Positions 15,453 through 28,774 of a stretch of DNA of 64,000 nt are shown here, one piece after another. Both the position numbers and the translations under genes were made by a program. Each line of letters begins with the position of its first letter. Within the stretch, counting starts at the first letter, position 1. The notes below the pieces were generated by a model. That model worked only from the letters and a program-made list of their open reading frames with translations, was not told the origin of the DNA and ran no database searches. Source of the stretch: Octopus vulgaris (taxonomy: Eukaryota); assembly GCA_951406725.2 (NCBI GenBank), contig OX597833.1, positions 66,588,001 to 66,652,000 of the forward strand, given 5' to 3'.

Positions 15453-15671
15453 CAGGGTGTTCAAAACGTCTCTCCGCAGTGAATTTTTTCATCCTGAATT
15501 TCCAAGTGTCAGACTCTCCAAGTTATATTTCAAAACATTCGTAGAAGAATCAACTTGTTTATTGAAAATGAAGGACGACACTATATATTATTCTTTTGTA
15601 GTCTTGTACCATCTTGTAAAATATTTTTGTTATAAAATACGTACTGCGGAAAGATTTTTTTGAACACCCTG
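15453..15671. mobile_element. Tc1/mariner-type MITE
   Basis: TIRs CAGGGTGTTCAAAACGTCTCTCCGCAGT ... ACTGCGGAAAGATTTTTTTGAACACCCTG, flanked by TA on both sides. Confidence 0.85.
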
Positions 15672-15947
15672 TACTAAATCGCAAAGAATCTTCCGTTATG
15701 AAAAGTGACAGCAGTTCTTTGAACAAAACAAGCAATTTGACTCTGACTCTGACAAGGAAATTCGTGAAAAACACTGTTAAAATGTATGTGAAAGTCAGTA
15801 GAAGAGGAGAATTGTAGGAAGTTGTATGGATTGCTTTGGAGTTACATATTGAATATGACAGTAGGAAGCACTGTACGCATAATAACGTAGAATACTTTGT
15901 TGTAAAAGGAAATACAAAATAAAAACGGAAAGACACCCGCAAAAGTA

Positions 15948-16094
15948 AGACAACTGGTACGTATTTTATGGAACCCCAAAGAATGAAAACCAAGGTCGAC
16001 TTAGGCGGAATTTGAAATCAAAGCGTATAGACGGGACGAAATGCCACTAAGCATTTCGCCCGCCGTGCTAACGATTCTGCCAGCTCACTTCCTT
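15948..16094 (-). mobile_element. SINE family B, 3'-truncated
   Basis: Reverse complement of the family B head and central block. Confidence 0.8.
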
Positions 16095-16095
16095 A

Positions 16096-16160
<65 letters not shown>

Positions 16161-16266
16161 TGGCACACTAGGCATAAAAACAACGTGAACTTCCAACCTG
16201 TTGTCTCTTGAGGTCTCTGGGTGAGACTTGGGGCCAACTTGTACAAATATAAAGCAAAAGTCAAAC

Positions 16267-16317
<51 letters not shown>

Positions 16318-16325
16318 TAATAATG

Positions 16326-16430
<105 letters not shown>

Positions 16431-16440
16431 TTAATAATAA

Positions 16441-16992
16441 TATGCAGTACCAGGCAGTGGCTCTCGTGGCTTCTGATCTTAACTGATTGGAAGTGTTATC
16501 ATGTACATTGTTTTGTCTTGGTATAAAAGATGGGCTACAGCAAATATTCTGCTCAATACCACAGATTTGCTTGTCAGTTGTTTGACCTGAACCAGTTGAG
16601 CCTGTCCCTTAGTGGCTGACGATATGTGCATCTCTGATCACGAGCAGAAGTAGTGGGGGTGCATCATAGCTATGTGTTGAGAGGGATCCTTTGGGGTTTG
16701 AATAATTCACCTCTGGAAACATGGGTGTTTCGTTCAACATCCTTAAACAGCCCTCATTCAGGGACCTTTTGAGCGGAATGGGCTACTCGACCAGAAGAAA
16801 ATTCTAACTGGACCCCACCAGCAAGGTCATTCGCTGTTTATCATGATAGGAGATCACCATGTCGCGCACATGGTTGTGATGCATGTGCCTGGTGTACCCT
16901 TATCAGACGGGTAATCATGATGGGTATACTGGGCTTCGTATATTTGTACTCCAGTGTCACTTTGATGAGATGCACTGCTCTCTCACTCACTC
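16441..16992 (+). mobile_element. family C ~550-bp non-coding element embedded in (TAA)n
   Basis: Homologous to 32021-32260, 50023-50657 and the fragment at 15253-15320. Flanked by long (TAA)n on both sides. Strand inferred from the TAA polarity. Confidence 0.8.
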
Positions 16993-17131
<139 letters not shown>

Positions 17132-17789
17132 GTGTACGGAATACACTCGGCAAGAAACGGAAGAAAATTTGAAGAAAGAAGAAATAATAATAATGATAAT
17201 AATAATGATAATAATAATAACAACAACAACAACAACAATAATAATAATAATAATAATAAAAATAAAAATAATAATAATAATAATAATAACAATAATAATA
17301 GTCGCAGTAGCACCAGTAGTAGTAGTAGTAGTAGTAGTAGTTGTAGTAATATTAAGAATACTAAATATAATAATAATAATAATAGTGGTAGTAAGTCAGT
17401 GATTCTACTAAGCGTGGATAATAAGAAGCAATACAAAGAGCTTGCATAAAGAAAACGAGAGAGATCAGTCAAAACATCATTGAATCGCAATCCGTTTTCT
17501 ATGAGTGCTTATGAAGTTTTGAAGTCCATTAGTTGACATATTGTAAAATCATTTGATAAAGAAAAATTTTTTTTGATATCAGATTTATCAGACGCAGAAT
17601 ATTTTTAAAACTGCGTATATCATACTGTCAAGTATTCATGTACATGTGACGTTATATAAAAATATTTATATCTCTGTCACATACGTTTTAACTCATCTTT
17701 TTTTTTTCTCTCACTCTCCCTCTCACTCACTCTTCGCTCTCTTTCACTCTCTATCTGTCTGTCTCGCTATATATGCGTGTGTATGCATG

Positions 17790-17855
<66 letters not shown>

Positions 17856-17884
17856 TATATATATATATATATATGTATGTATAT

Positions 17885-17937
<53 letters not shown>

Positions 17938-17971
17938 CATATATACACACACACACATATATATATATGTA

Positions 17972-18028
<57 letters not shown>

Positions 18029-18056
18029 CACACACACATATATATATATATATGTA

Positions 18057-18145
<89 letters not shown>

Positions 18146-18179
18146 CACACACACACATATATATATATGTATGTGTGTT

Positions 18180-18211
<32 letters not shown>

Positions 18212-18250
18212 TATATACTAATATATAACGATAAATACGTGCGGTTCAAT

Positions 18251-18309
<59 letters not shown>

Positions 18310-18782
18310 ATGAGTTGAGGAATGAAAGAAAGAAGCTATCATCAACATATTTGATTTCAGATACATGCATATTCAAATGTAAACATCTGACTCAGCTCTA
18401 CGTTACACATCTGACGTTACAAATACGTGACAAGGTGGACGTGTCCTATGCCAGAGAAACTTTAAGTGGAGCTGAGTCAAACTTTTATTATGTGCATGCA
18501 TGTATACACACGTACACACACGCACACACACACACACACACATACACGAATATTCTTTTTATTTATTATAATTTCATCCTAGTTTCAGTTGTTTTGGATG
18601 CGGCCATGCTAGAGCTCCGCGTTTTATCGAACAAATCGATCCCAGGATTTATACTGTGTAGGTATACTACCTATTCTATCGGGGTTTTTGCCGAACTGCT
18701 AAGTTACAGGGTTGTAAACACATCAACATCGGGTGTCAAGCGATGGTGGTGAGAAACAGAAACAAATATATATATATATATA

Positions 18783-18995
18783 TGTGTGTGACCTCGTGTG
18801 TACCGTTGGCGATTTTGTTTTCCTCTGTCTTCCCTTCTCTGGATCTTTCCTTCTCCTGTGTTTCCGACGAAGAGCTCCGCTCGAAACGTTAAACCCTCCT
18901 TCTTTCCTTTTTTCCTGAGCGTCCAATAATACTATATTTGTTCCACGTTCTCGCGTTGTTGTGTTTTTTTTTGTCTTTTCTTGTTTGGATTAACT
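18783..18995 (+). mobile_element. short hammerhead-bearing element, family H1
   Basis: Homologous to 37626-37827 (minus) and 42688-42837. Flanked by TA repeats. Confidence 0.75.
18860..18894 (+). ncRNA. minimal type I hammerhead ribozyme motif (U4C variant)
   Basis: GTTT-CCGACGA-A-GAGC-tcc-GCTC-GAAA-C-GT-T-AAAC: stem I GTTT/AAAC, stem II GAGC/GCTC, palindromic stem III ACGT. Confidence 0.65.
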
Positions 18996-19182
18996 TTATA
19001 TATATATGTGTGTGTGTCTGTGTGTGTGTGTATATGTACATACGACGGGCTTCTTTCAGTTTCCGTCTACAAAATCCACACACGAGGCTTTGGTCGGCCC
19101 GAAACGATAGTAGAAGAGACTTGCCCAAGGTGTTTATCAGTGGGATTGAACCTGGAACGATGTAGTTGGGAAGTGTATATAT

Positions 19183-19356
19183 ATAGGCGCAGGAGTGGCT
19201 GTGTGGTAAGTACCTTGCTTACCAACCACATGGTTCCGGGTTCAGTCCCACTGCGTGGCATCTTGGGCAAGTGTCTTCTGCTGTAGCCTCGAGCTGACCA
19301 ATGCCTTGTGAGTGGATTTGGTAGACGGAAACTGAAAGAAGCCTGTCGTATATATG

Positions 19357-19389
<33 letters not shown>

Positions 19390-19594
19390 TTTGTGTGTCT
19401 GTGTTTGTCCCCCTAGCATTGCTTGACAACCGATGCTGGTGTGTTTACGTCCCCGTCACTTAGCGGTTCGGCAAAAGAAACCGATAGAATAAGTACTGGG
19501 CTTACAAAGAATAAGTCCCGGGGTCTATTTGCTCGACTAAAAGCGGTGCTCCAGCATGGAAGCAGTCAAATGACTGAAACAAGTAAAAGAGTAA
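19183..19594 (+). mobile_element. SINE family A, full length
   Basis: Complete consensus-like copy. Confidence 0.9.
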
Positions 19595-19908
19595 TATATA
19601 TATATATACATTGTTAGAAATCGCGATCCCATCGTCGTGTATTGAATTAAGCTCTTGTAACAATGTATTCTCCTCTCTCTCTCTCACTCTCTCCATTTTT
19701 GCGTTGCTTGTTCCTTTCTCTCCAACTATTATTTCCAGCTCTGTTATTCATATGTGTTTCTTCTATATCACTGCAAACACGTCCGCACGTATTTCAAAAT
19801 CAAACACAGAATCTTCCTTCATATTTTCCAATCCAATTATTCCGAGATAATCTCAGACACATACCACACATAAACATACATACGACTGCATGCATTTTTG
19901 CTGAAACA

Positions 19909-20021
<113 letters not shown>

Positions 20022-20211
20022 GCATAGGTGGGTATGTGTCTGTGTCTGTGTTTGTATGTGTATCAAATGTGTCTATGCGTATGTATATGTTTTTGTATAA
20101 TACTGTTTATGAAATAACAGACGATAAACACAGCGATTACAGTTTTAGAGTAGACAGAAAACTTCATAGATACTCACCCTGATATCTACAGTTAGACTCA
20201 TTATATATACA

Positions 20212-20280
<69 letters not shown>

Positions 20281-20662
20281 GTATATGTATACATACATAC
20301 ACACACATATGCATGTGCATGTATATGTGTATGGACGAATATTAATATATGCATGTATATATATATTGTATAAGTATATATATGTATATATTATATATGC
20401 ATATATATATATATATATAGGCTTGCATGTATACATATATTTATATGAAGCTATATCTATAACATATATCATATATGAGTGTATATTTATTAATATATAA
20501 CTACATTAATATGTCTTACATGTATATCTAAATATATATTTATAATATAAAATATATATTTATGTATACATACATGCATACATACATACACACACACACA
20601 TATATATATATATATTCATACATACTGTAGTTACAAATATATATATATATATATGTATACAC

Positions 20663-20709
<47 letters not shown>

Positions 20710-21548
20710 TATGCATATATGTATATATATATGTACATATGTATATATAAATGTATGCGTGTGTTTGTCAAAATACTATATTGTAAATCTCCAGCATCAC
20801 GAGCGCCACCATTTCTACAGCCGTTTTAGACCCCCCTTCCTTCAACGCTACAGCTTCAAATATCACCACCACCCTCCCCCCATACCAACAGTGCACATAC
20901 CACTATTATTATCGCAGCCATTACCATTAATATCATTCGTAGACAATGACTAATATACAAGTACTACTGCCAAAACCTATATTACAAGTATTGTCCTGTA
21001 AAGTCCATAATTACAGGCATCTCTGACACCCCTTAACTTTAGGACGATACGCCAACACCGTCGCCACAACCACCATCCACTACCACTATCACCACTACCA
21101 CCACCGTTCCCACTGCCAACGGTGACTACGAGGAAGCCTTGCCAATGTAGGAGGGACCACTTGTCGCTCGAGCACCTTGAAATAATTACTAAAGTCCGTC
21201 TGAAATCACACCTTACCGTCTTAAGTAAATGGAATGACGCGTGAAAGAACCTTGTTTGATATATCGCGTCTGGGAAAGGGGAAAGGTGTGAGAGTCACGG
21301 CTGGAATTTGAAACGCTCTTCGTTCGTTTTGCCAAAACATGAATATGGGATTAGAGAAAGAAACTAAAGCTAATACTGGAAGAACGAAATTATACTAAGA
21401 CTGTAGATACGCGTAAATGCAGGAACGAAATTTGTTCAGTGAATGCAAGCCCAGGTCCAAAATGTTTTAGAAATAAGGTCGATTTTTTTTCAATTTTATC
21501 AGAAGAAACACATAAGTAATGATGATGATGATGATGATGATGACGGTG

Positions 21549-22183
21549 GACAAAACGGTTAAACCGTATGGCATATAACCAGCCAATGTAAGCCACTAGC
21601 CCACAATGAATATAAGAGACGCTACGACAATATAGCCAGGCTTGTCCATTGGACACTTTACAACAAGTATGGACTTGACAGAGCAAAAAGTTGGTACGAC
21701 CACAAACCTGAAGTCATCGTCGAAAATAGAAATGCAAAGAGCCTATGGGATTTTATGATTCAATGGGACCATGAGATTGAAAATACGAAGCCGCACATAT
21801 TCCTAATTGAGAAAGAAAACAAACTATGCTGGATCATAGATATAGCATGCCCAGCTGACAACAAGGTATGCAATAAGGAAGAAAGAAAAGTCGAGAGATA
21901 TGAGAGGTTAGCTTGGGAATTTAAGCAGTTGTGGTCGATGAAAAAAGGTGGTAGTAGTACCAATAATTGCTGGAGCCCTGGGAATAGTGAGTTAAAATCT
22001 CGAGAAGTACGTGGAGCAAATAGGGGCTGCAATAAGGGTGGAGCACTTGCAGAAAACAGCACTGCTTGGAACCGCTCGAATACTCCGGAAGGTGCTCGAA
22101 AAATAAGAGGTGTTACCTTAGTTTACTGGTAGTGGACAGCTTACACTGTAGTACATCTCGAGCGTTAGAAGCTGTGCAAAGGC
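21549..22183 (+). mobile_element. 3' end of R4/Dong-like non-LTR retrotransposon (zinc knuckle plus restriction-like endonuclease, frameshifted)
   Basis: Translation shows TVWHITSQC, RRYDNIARLVHW, LWDF.IQ.D...KPHI, IIDIACP.D, ERKVERYERLA.E..QLW and VVVPII.GALG, followed by a short 3' UTR and (TAA)n. Confidence 0.8.
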
Positions 22184-22227
<44 letters not shown>

Positions 22228-22254
22228 TAATAATAATAATAATAATAATAATAA

Positions 22255-22400
22255 TAGCATGCCCCGGTAGCAACAGGATGAATGTGAAAGAAGAAGACAA
22301 AATAAACAACAATGACGATTTAAAGTGGGAAATACGGAAGTTGTGGTCAATGAGGAGAGTAGATGTGATACCAATAGTAATTGGTGCACTTGGAAGTATC
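22255..22400 (+). mobile_element. 5' part of a short Dong-like copy, continued at 29411-29630
   Basis: ACPG...KEEDKI...DLKWEIRKLWSMRRVDVIPIVIGALGSI. The sequence resumes after the duplicated GAAGTATC. Confidence 0.8.
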
Positions 22401-23169
22401 CAAGGGCCCGGGAACAGGGGGTGCAGCGGGTGCACCTGCACCCCTTTGAATTTTCAGGTGGTGCAAGATCAAAATAGTGTCTAAAAAATTATCTGTATAA
22501 GATGCTTGAAGCTAGATTTCGTTTCAAAGCAAAAACAAAGAACTAAAATAAATAAATAAAAGTGATGAAGCTGGGCTTAAAATTCCCAAGGGAATTTATG
22601 ACTAACCAACTTCTGAAGCAAAGTAGCGTCAAAATAAAAAGTATGTGACAACAACAACAGTAGCAGCAAACAACAAGAACAACAACATGACCAGCATCTA
22701 AGGATACTCTTCAATACATAGCATTACTTGGATTCTTGAAGGCAGCTCTATTCTGACAAAAATAACTCCAAAATTTTGCAATGCTGAAAATGTGTGAAGG
22801 TTCTCTTGTCTTCTCTCAGTCTGTCTCTCAAGTTATTTGTAGTTGATGTCGCTAAAGACTGACGACATGGTTGAATGGATTCGACTGTTTGACCTCAGCC
22901 TAAAAATAAAAGCCCATTAAAAATTCTTTCAGTCATATCGGTTTTCTCATTTAGGTTGTTAGGTCTAAAGTTTGACAAGGGAACAAAATGATTTATTTTT
23001 ATCTTTGATATTTTATGCTCATTATTCGAAATACTAGTCCAGTTTAATAAAAAAAGATTTTGAAAGGAAACATTTAACTATAAATGATTGCAGACCAACC
23101 CCGAAATTACCTAATTTGCAAAGAAATGTACTTGACAATTTCAGACTAATTTATCTAAAAAGGAAATGA

Positions 23170-24512
23170 TATTGAAAGCATTACCTACCGTCATCCTGAC
23201 GCGGTTAACCACGAAGATCACTTCAGGGGTGCTTTTTTTACTCACAAGTCTAACCCTAGCTGAGGCCAGCACACAGGCTAATATGCTTTTAACAGAGGTC
23301 TTTAATTTTACTAATCTTAGCTGGTCCGAGGATTATATCCAGCCTGGAACCAAGCAACTGGTGTGGAGGGATATGAACGCTTTCCTCAATACAACAAAAG
23401 ACTTTCCCATACAACAAATTATTACCTGTCCAATTAGGGGAAAATAGCATACTCGACTTTGTTTTTATTCACAATGTTCATGTCATTCCAACAGGTATTT
23501 CCAACCAACGCGTAATACAATTATCTGTATATGGTGCAAAGAAATATCCGACTCGCAGCATGGATTTCTACCCTGAAGATCTTGCCTAACAAATCTTCTC
23601 CTTCTTGAAGAATGGATTACAAGGACCATGGATGAAAAAGACTTGGTGGGCGTGGTATTTTTGGACTTCGCAAAGGCATTTGACTCCGTTAATCACTGAC
23701 TTCTCTTGCGCAAACTTCGAGCACTCAAGATTCATCCATTGTTGACTTTGTGGATTTCTCCTTTCCTGAGCTATCGAACCTTTTGGGTGCAGATAAATGG
23801 GGATCTCTCAGCAGAGACGAATGCATGCAGCGTCGTTCCCCAGGGGTCGGTGCTGGGGCCAATATTTTTCCTTCTCTATATCAGGTTTTCTTGATGGAAT
23901 AGTTCTCCTATTTGCAGACGATGTCAAACTTGTCTCACCTAGGAATCAATACGACATACTCCAATTGTCGCTGAACCGAGCTTTGAATTGGGCGGAAGAA
24001 TGGAATCTGAACTTGAACGCCTCAAAATGTAACTATTTGCCAATAGGTTCACCTCCAAACTCTCCCTTGACTATTGGCCACAAACATCAACATCTTAAGA
24101 TGGTCAATGAAGAAAAGGATCTCAGCATAATGATCGATACTACTTTCAAACTACCACGGCAGGGTATCGAGGCAGCGAACAAAGCCAGAAGGAATCATTT
24201 CTTCATCCACCGATCCTTTGCTAACCTTTCAATGGACGTCTTTTGGCCTGTATATATCACTCTAGTTCGACCCATCCTCGAATATATGTATATGTATGTA
24301 CATATGTATATATAAATGTATATATTACAAGTATTGTCCTGTAAACTCCACAATTACAGGCATCTCTGACACCCCTTAACTTTAGGACGATACGCCAACA
24401 CCGTCGCCACAACCACCATCCACTACCACTATCACCACTACCACCACTGCCAACGGTGTACGAGGAAGCCTTGCCAATGTAAGAGGGACCACTTGTCGCT
24501 CGAGCACCTTGA

Positions 24513-24564
<52 letters not shown>

Positions 24565-24750
24565 TCCATATCTCCAGAAAGACATTCAGCACCTGGAATG
24601 GATTCAGCACTTGGCCACCCAAATGGGCGCGGGCTTGTCTAAGCTTGCGTAAGAGGAACATCTCCGACGGCTGGCATTGCATTCACTCAAACGACGGAGG
24701 ATGCAGGGAGATCTCATCCGACATTCTACATCTTCAACGGACATATAAGC
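23170..24750 (+). pseudogene. decayed CR1/L2-group LINE ORF2 (APE C-terminus plus reverse transcriptase)
   Basis: Motifs FNFTNLSW, PIRG..LD, QHGF, VVFLDFAKAFDSVNH, VPQGSVLGP, LFADDVKL, LVRPILEY and PYLQKDI, with stops and frameshifts. Interrupted at 24284-24563. Confidence 0.85.
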
Positions 24751-24751
24751 C

Positions 24752-27075
24752 TACCGAGGATTTTCTAAATTCTGGAAAGTTAAGTGGAAAACTTCCTGGC
24801 AAGTTCCGAGGGATTTCTAACTCCCGGAAAGTTTGGTCGAAAACTTCCGGCAAAGCTCCGAGGTTTATCTAAATTCCTGAAAGTTTGGTCGAAAAATTCC
24901 TGGAAAGATCCGAGGTTTTCTAAATTCCGTAAAATTTGGTCGGAAATTTCCTGGAAAGTTCCGAGGATTATATATATTCCGGAAAGTTTGGTCGAAAACT
25001 TGATGAAAAGTTCCGAGTATTTTCTAACTCCCGAAAAGTTTGGTCGGAAACTTCCTGGAAAGTTCCGAGGACTTTCTAACTCCCGGAAAGTTTGGTCGAA
25101 AACTTCCTGGTGGATAATCTTGTGGATGTCAATCAACTCAGTTGCCAGACGAAAATTTGATTGAAGGTTGGTTGAAAACTGGGAAGTTCCGAGGACTTTC
25201 TAACTCCCGGAAAGTTTGGTCGAAAACTTCCTGGAAAGTTCCGAGTATTCCTTGAAAAGTTTGGTCGAAAATTTCATGGGAAGTTAGGAGGATTTTCTAA
25301 CTTCCGCAAAGTTTGGTCGAAAACTTCCTGGGAAGTTCCGGGGATTTTCTAACTCCCGGGACGTTTGGTCGACAAATTCCTTGAAAGTTCCAAAACTCCG
25401 GAAAGTTTGGTCGAAAACTTCCTGGAAATGTCCGTGTATTTTCTAACTCTTGGAAAGTTTGGTCGAAAAATTCATGGAAAGTTCCGAGGATTTCTAAATT
25501 CCGGAAAGTTTGGTCGAAAACTTCCTGGAAAGTTCCGAGTATTAGCTTAATCCCGAAAAGTTTGGTCGAAAATTTCATGGGAAGTTACGAGGATTTTCTA
25601 CCTTCCGCAGTTTGGTCGTAAACTTCCTGGGAAGTTCCGGGGATTTTCTAACTCCCGGGACGTTTGGTCGACAACTTCCTTGAAAGTTCCAAGGATTACC
25701 GATATTCCGGATAGTTTGGTCGAAAACTTCCTAGAAATTTCCGAGTATTTTCTAACTCTTGGAAAGTTTGGTCGAAAAATTCATGAAAAGTTCCGAGGAT
25801 TTCTAAATTCCGGAAAGTTTGGTCGAAAACTGTCTGGAAATTTCCTGGAAAGTTCCGAGGATTTCTAACTCTTGGAAAGTTTGGTCGAAAAATTCATGGA
25901 AAGTTCCGAGGATTTTCTAATTTCCGGAAAGTTTGGTCGAAAACTTCCTGGAAAGTTCCGAGGAATTTCTATATTCCGGAAACTTTGGTCGAAAACTTCC
26001 TGGAATGTTCTGAGGTTTTTCTAACTCCCGGAAAGTTTGGTCGAAAACTTCCTGGAAAGTTCCGAGGATTTTCTAACTACCGAATAGTTTGGTCGAAAAC
26101 TTCCTGGGAAGTTCCGAGGTCTTTCTAACTCCTGGAAAGTCCCGTGGACGTTCTAACTCCCGTAAAGTTTGGTCGAAAACTTCCTGAGAAGTTCCGAGTA
26201 TTAGCTAAATCCCGAAAAGTTTGGTCGAAAACTTCCTGGGAAGTTCCGGGGATTTTCTAACTCCCGGGACGTTTGGTCGACAACTTCCTTGAAAGTTCCA
26301 AAACTCCGGAAAGTTTGGTCGAAAACTTCCTGGAAATGTCCGTGTATTTTCTAACTCTTGGAAAGTTTGGTCGAAAAATTCATGGAAAGTTCCGAGGATT
26401 TCTAAATTCCGGAAAGTTTGGTCGAAAACTTCCTGGAAAGTTCCGAGTATTAGCTTAATCGCGAAAAGTTTGGTCGAAAATTTCATGGGAAGTTACGACG
26501 ATTTTCTACCTTCCGCAGTTTGGTCGTAAACTTCCTGGGAAGTTCCGGGGATTTTCTAACTCCCGGGACGTTTGGTCGACAACTTCCTTGAAAGTTCCAA
26601 GGATTACCGATATTCCGGAAAGTTTGGTCGAAAACTTCGAAATTTCCGAGTATTTTCTAACTCTTGGAAAGTTTGGTCGAAAAATTCATGGAAAGTTCCG
26701 AGGATTTCTAAATTCCGGAAAGTTTGGTGGAAAACTATCTGGAAAATTCCGAGTATTAGCTTAATCCCGAAAAGTTTGGTCGAATATTTCATGGGAAGTT
26801 ACGAGGATTTTCTAACTTCCGCAAAGTTTGGTCGAAAACTTCCTGGAAGTTCCGGGATTTTCTAACTCCCGGAAGTTTGGTCGACAACTTCCTTGAAAGT
26901 TCCAAGGATTACCGAAATTCCGGAAAGTTTGGTCGGAAACTTCCTGGAAAGTTCCGAGGATTTCTAACTCTTGGAAAGTTTGGTCGAAAACTTCCTGGAA
27001 AGTTCTGAGGTTTTTCTAACTCCCGGAAAGTTTGGTCGAAAACTTAGAAATTTCTAGGATTTTCTAAATTCCAGA
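24752..27075. repeat. ~52-bp tandem satellite with higher-order structure
   Basis: Consensus GAAAACTTCCTGGAAAGTTCCGAGGATTTTCTAACTCCCGGAAAGTTTGGTC repeated about 40 times. Confidence 0.95.
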
Positions 27076-27109
27076 TATTTAGTCGCATTCCTCTTGGAAA
27101 GTTTAGTGT

Positions 27110-27925
27110 TGAAATATGCAGATTATACCAAGCTGTACCATGAAATTAAAAAAACATACTATCCGGCAATCTGATCTGGATACACTGGCAACTCAAGCTA
27201 TCTTGACTGTCACCATGCATTTTGGGAGGAAAATCCAGCTTTTACATAATCCCTCAGCAATACCAATCTGAAGAATTTTTCTGGTGGACATGTTCTGGGT
27301 CTTATTGTAAACAACAATCTCCATTGGATAAACCACATATCTAAGATTGTCAAAAAGGCTCAGTAAGACCTTTGTTAGCCACTCTCCAGTTATCTATTTA
27401 AAACTGTATACAACAACGGTATGTCCACACTTGGAATTTGCATCACCAGTTTGGAATCCCTCTCTTTCTCAGCATATAAATCTCCTGGAAACTGTTCAGA
27501 AATGTGCAACAAAGCAAATACCCACCGTCAGACATCTACCATACTCTGATCGTCTTGCATTCCTGGGCTTGGATACATTGAAGCCCAGACGTCTGGCAAC
27601 TGACTTGATTGACATCCACAAGATTATCCACCATATTTCCAACAACAACATTGGGTACCTTTTTGAATTCCAGATGACAAGCACTCACAGACATGCTTAT
27701 AAAATCAAAAAACATCACAGCACCCATGACTTTCGGAAACAATTTTTCATGCTCAGAATTGCAGAAGCATGGAAGAAATCACCTGCATCAGTTGTTAGCT
27801 GTCAAGACGTTACATCCATCAGAACTTCCATGTGTCCTGAAATCCGCCAACAGTACACCTGGTGGCCATTTGTTTTGTTTTTAGTTGTAGTGCACCTGAG
27901 CACTGTATACAATAATTTCCTTTAT
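27110..27925 (+). pseudogene. 3' part of a second CR1/L2-group LINE ORF2 plus 3' UTR
   Basis: YADYTKLY, PHLEFASPVWNP, LETVQKCATK, YSDRLAFLGLDTL..RR and FF..RIAEAW (ORF 27347..28183 covers part of it). Confidence 0.85.
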
Positions 27926-28319
27926 CATTATATATGTGTGTTTGTTGACTTTCTGTGCAGTATTTTAGGTCTGTTAGTCAATGTAATGTCACACACTCAC
28001 TTCTGTTCCCACTCAATATTTTCTATCTATTTCTTCTCTTCTCCCCTCTATCTACCTCTCTACCTATCTGCTGCATTTCTCTCTTTACTGCCTTCCATTT
28101 CTTCCTCTGTCAACTACCTACTGTCTATCTTTATTCCTTTATTTCTCCGCACTCTCTCTTTCTTCCTACTTGCTCTTCCCTAATCTTCTCTACTCTCTTT
28201 CTTCACTTTTTTGGTACCAAAAAACAATCCAATTTTTTGTCACTCATCGTTTTTCTACTTGACCAGTGCATAGGTAAGACATCATCGTCTAATGTCCATT
28301 TTCCATTATAGAATAGGTT

Positions 28320-28470
28320 GAATGGTTCGACTGGGGCCTGGGAAGCCAGGAGGCTGCACCAGGCTCCAGTCTGATCTGGCAGTGTTTCTACAGCTGGATG
28401 CTCTTCTTAACGCCAACCACTCTGAGATTGTAGTGGGTGCTGTTTTTACGTGCCACCGGCACAGGGGCCA
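28320..28470 (-). mobile_element. SINE-like fragment
   Basis: Minus strand GGTTGGCGTTAAGAAGAGCATCCAGCTGTAGAAAC resembles a common invertebrate SINE body motif (recall only). Confidence 0.4.
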
Positions 28471-28774
28471 ATTTCCTGCCTAGTACTCATTTCAGATCCC
28501 CAATTTATCTTTTCACTTTTCATTCTTTTCTTTCCTTCTAACTTCCTTCCCTCTACCCCATCTCTCTATCCTTCTCCCGAGCCTTCTCATTGTACCTTTG
28601 GAACACAAGCACCACTATTTTCTTCCTTTTTTTGTTAGATTTTGTCATGTAGTGTCCCACATTTTGAAATACTTGCAATTTGTATTTTTACTGCTTATTT
28701 TAGCTCTGCTTGATACATTTCCAAAATTAAACATTTTAATATGCAAAATATACTTCACATTATTATATATACTA

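Larger units (their letters stand above)
18575..19175 (-). mobile_element. old SINE family A copy interrupted in its internal microsatellite
   Basis: 3' half at 18575-18760 and 5' half at 19040-19175, separated by the hammerhead element. Confidence 0.75.

Noticed and set aside
24780-26865. Repeat-protein ORFs in the satellite
   Set aside because: The 52-bp period is not a multiple of three, and the frames are short and present on both strands.
24752-27075. CRISPR-like array
   Set aside because: Units are contiguous with no unique spacers (one captured fragment only), there are no cas genes, and the context is eukaryotic.
24752-27075. Hammerhead in the satellite (CCGAGGA...GAAA...GTC)
   Set aside because: No stem II between the boxes and no correctly registered stem I or III.
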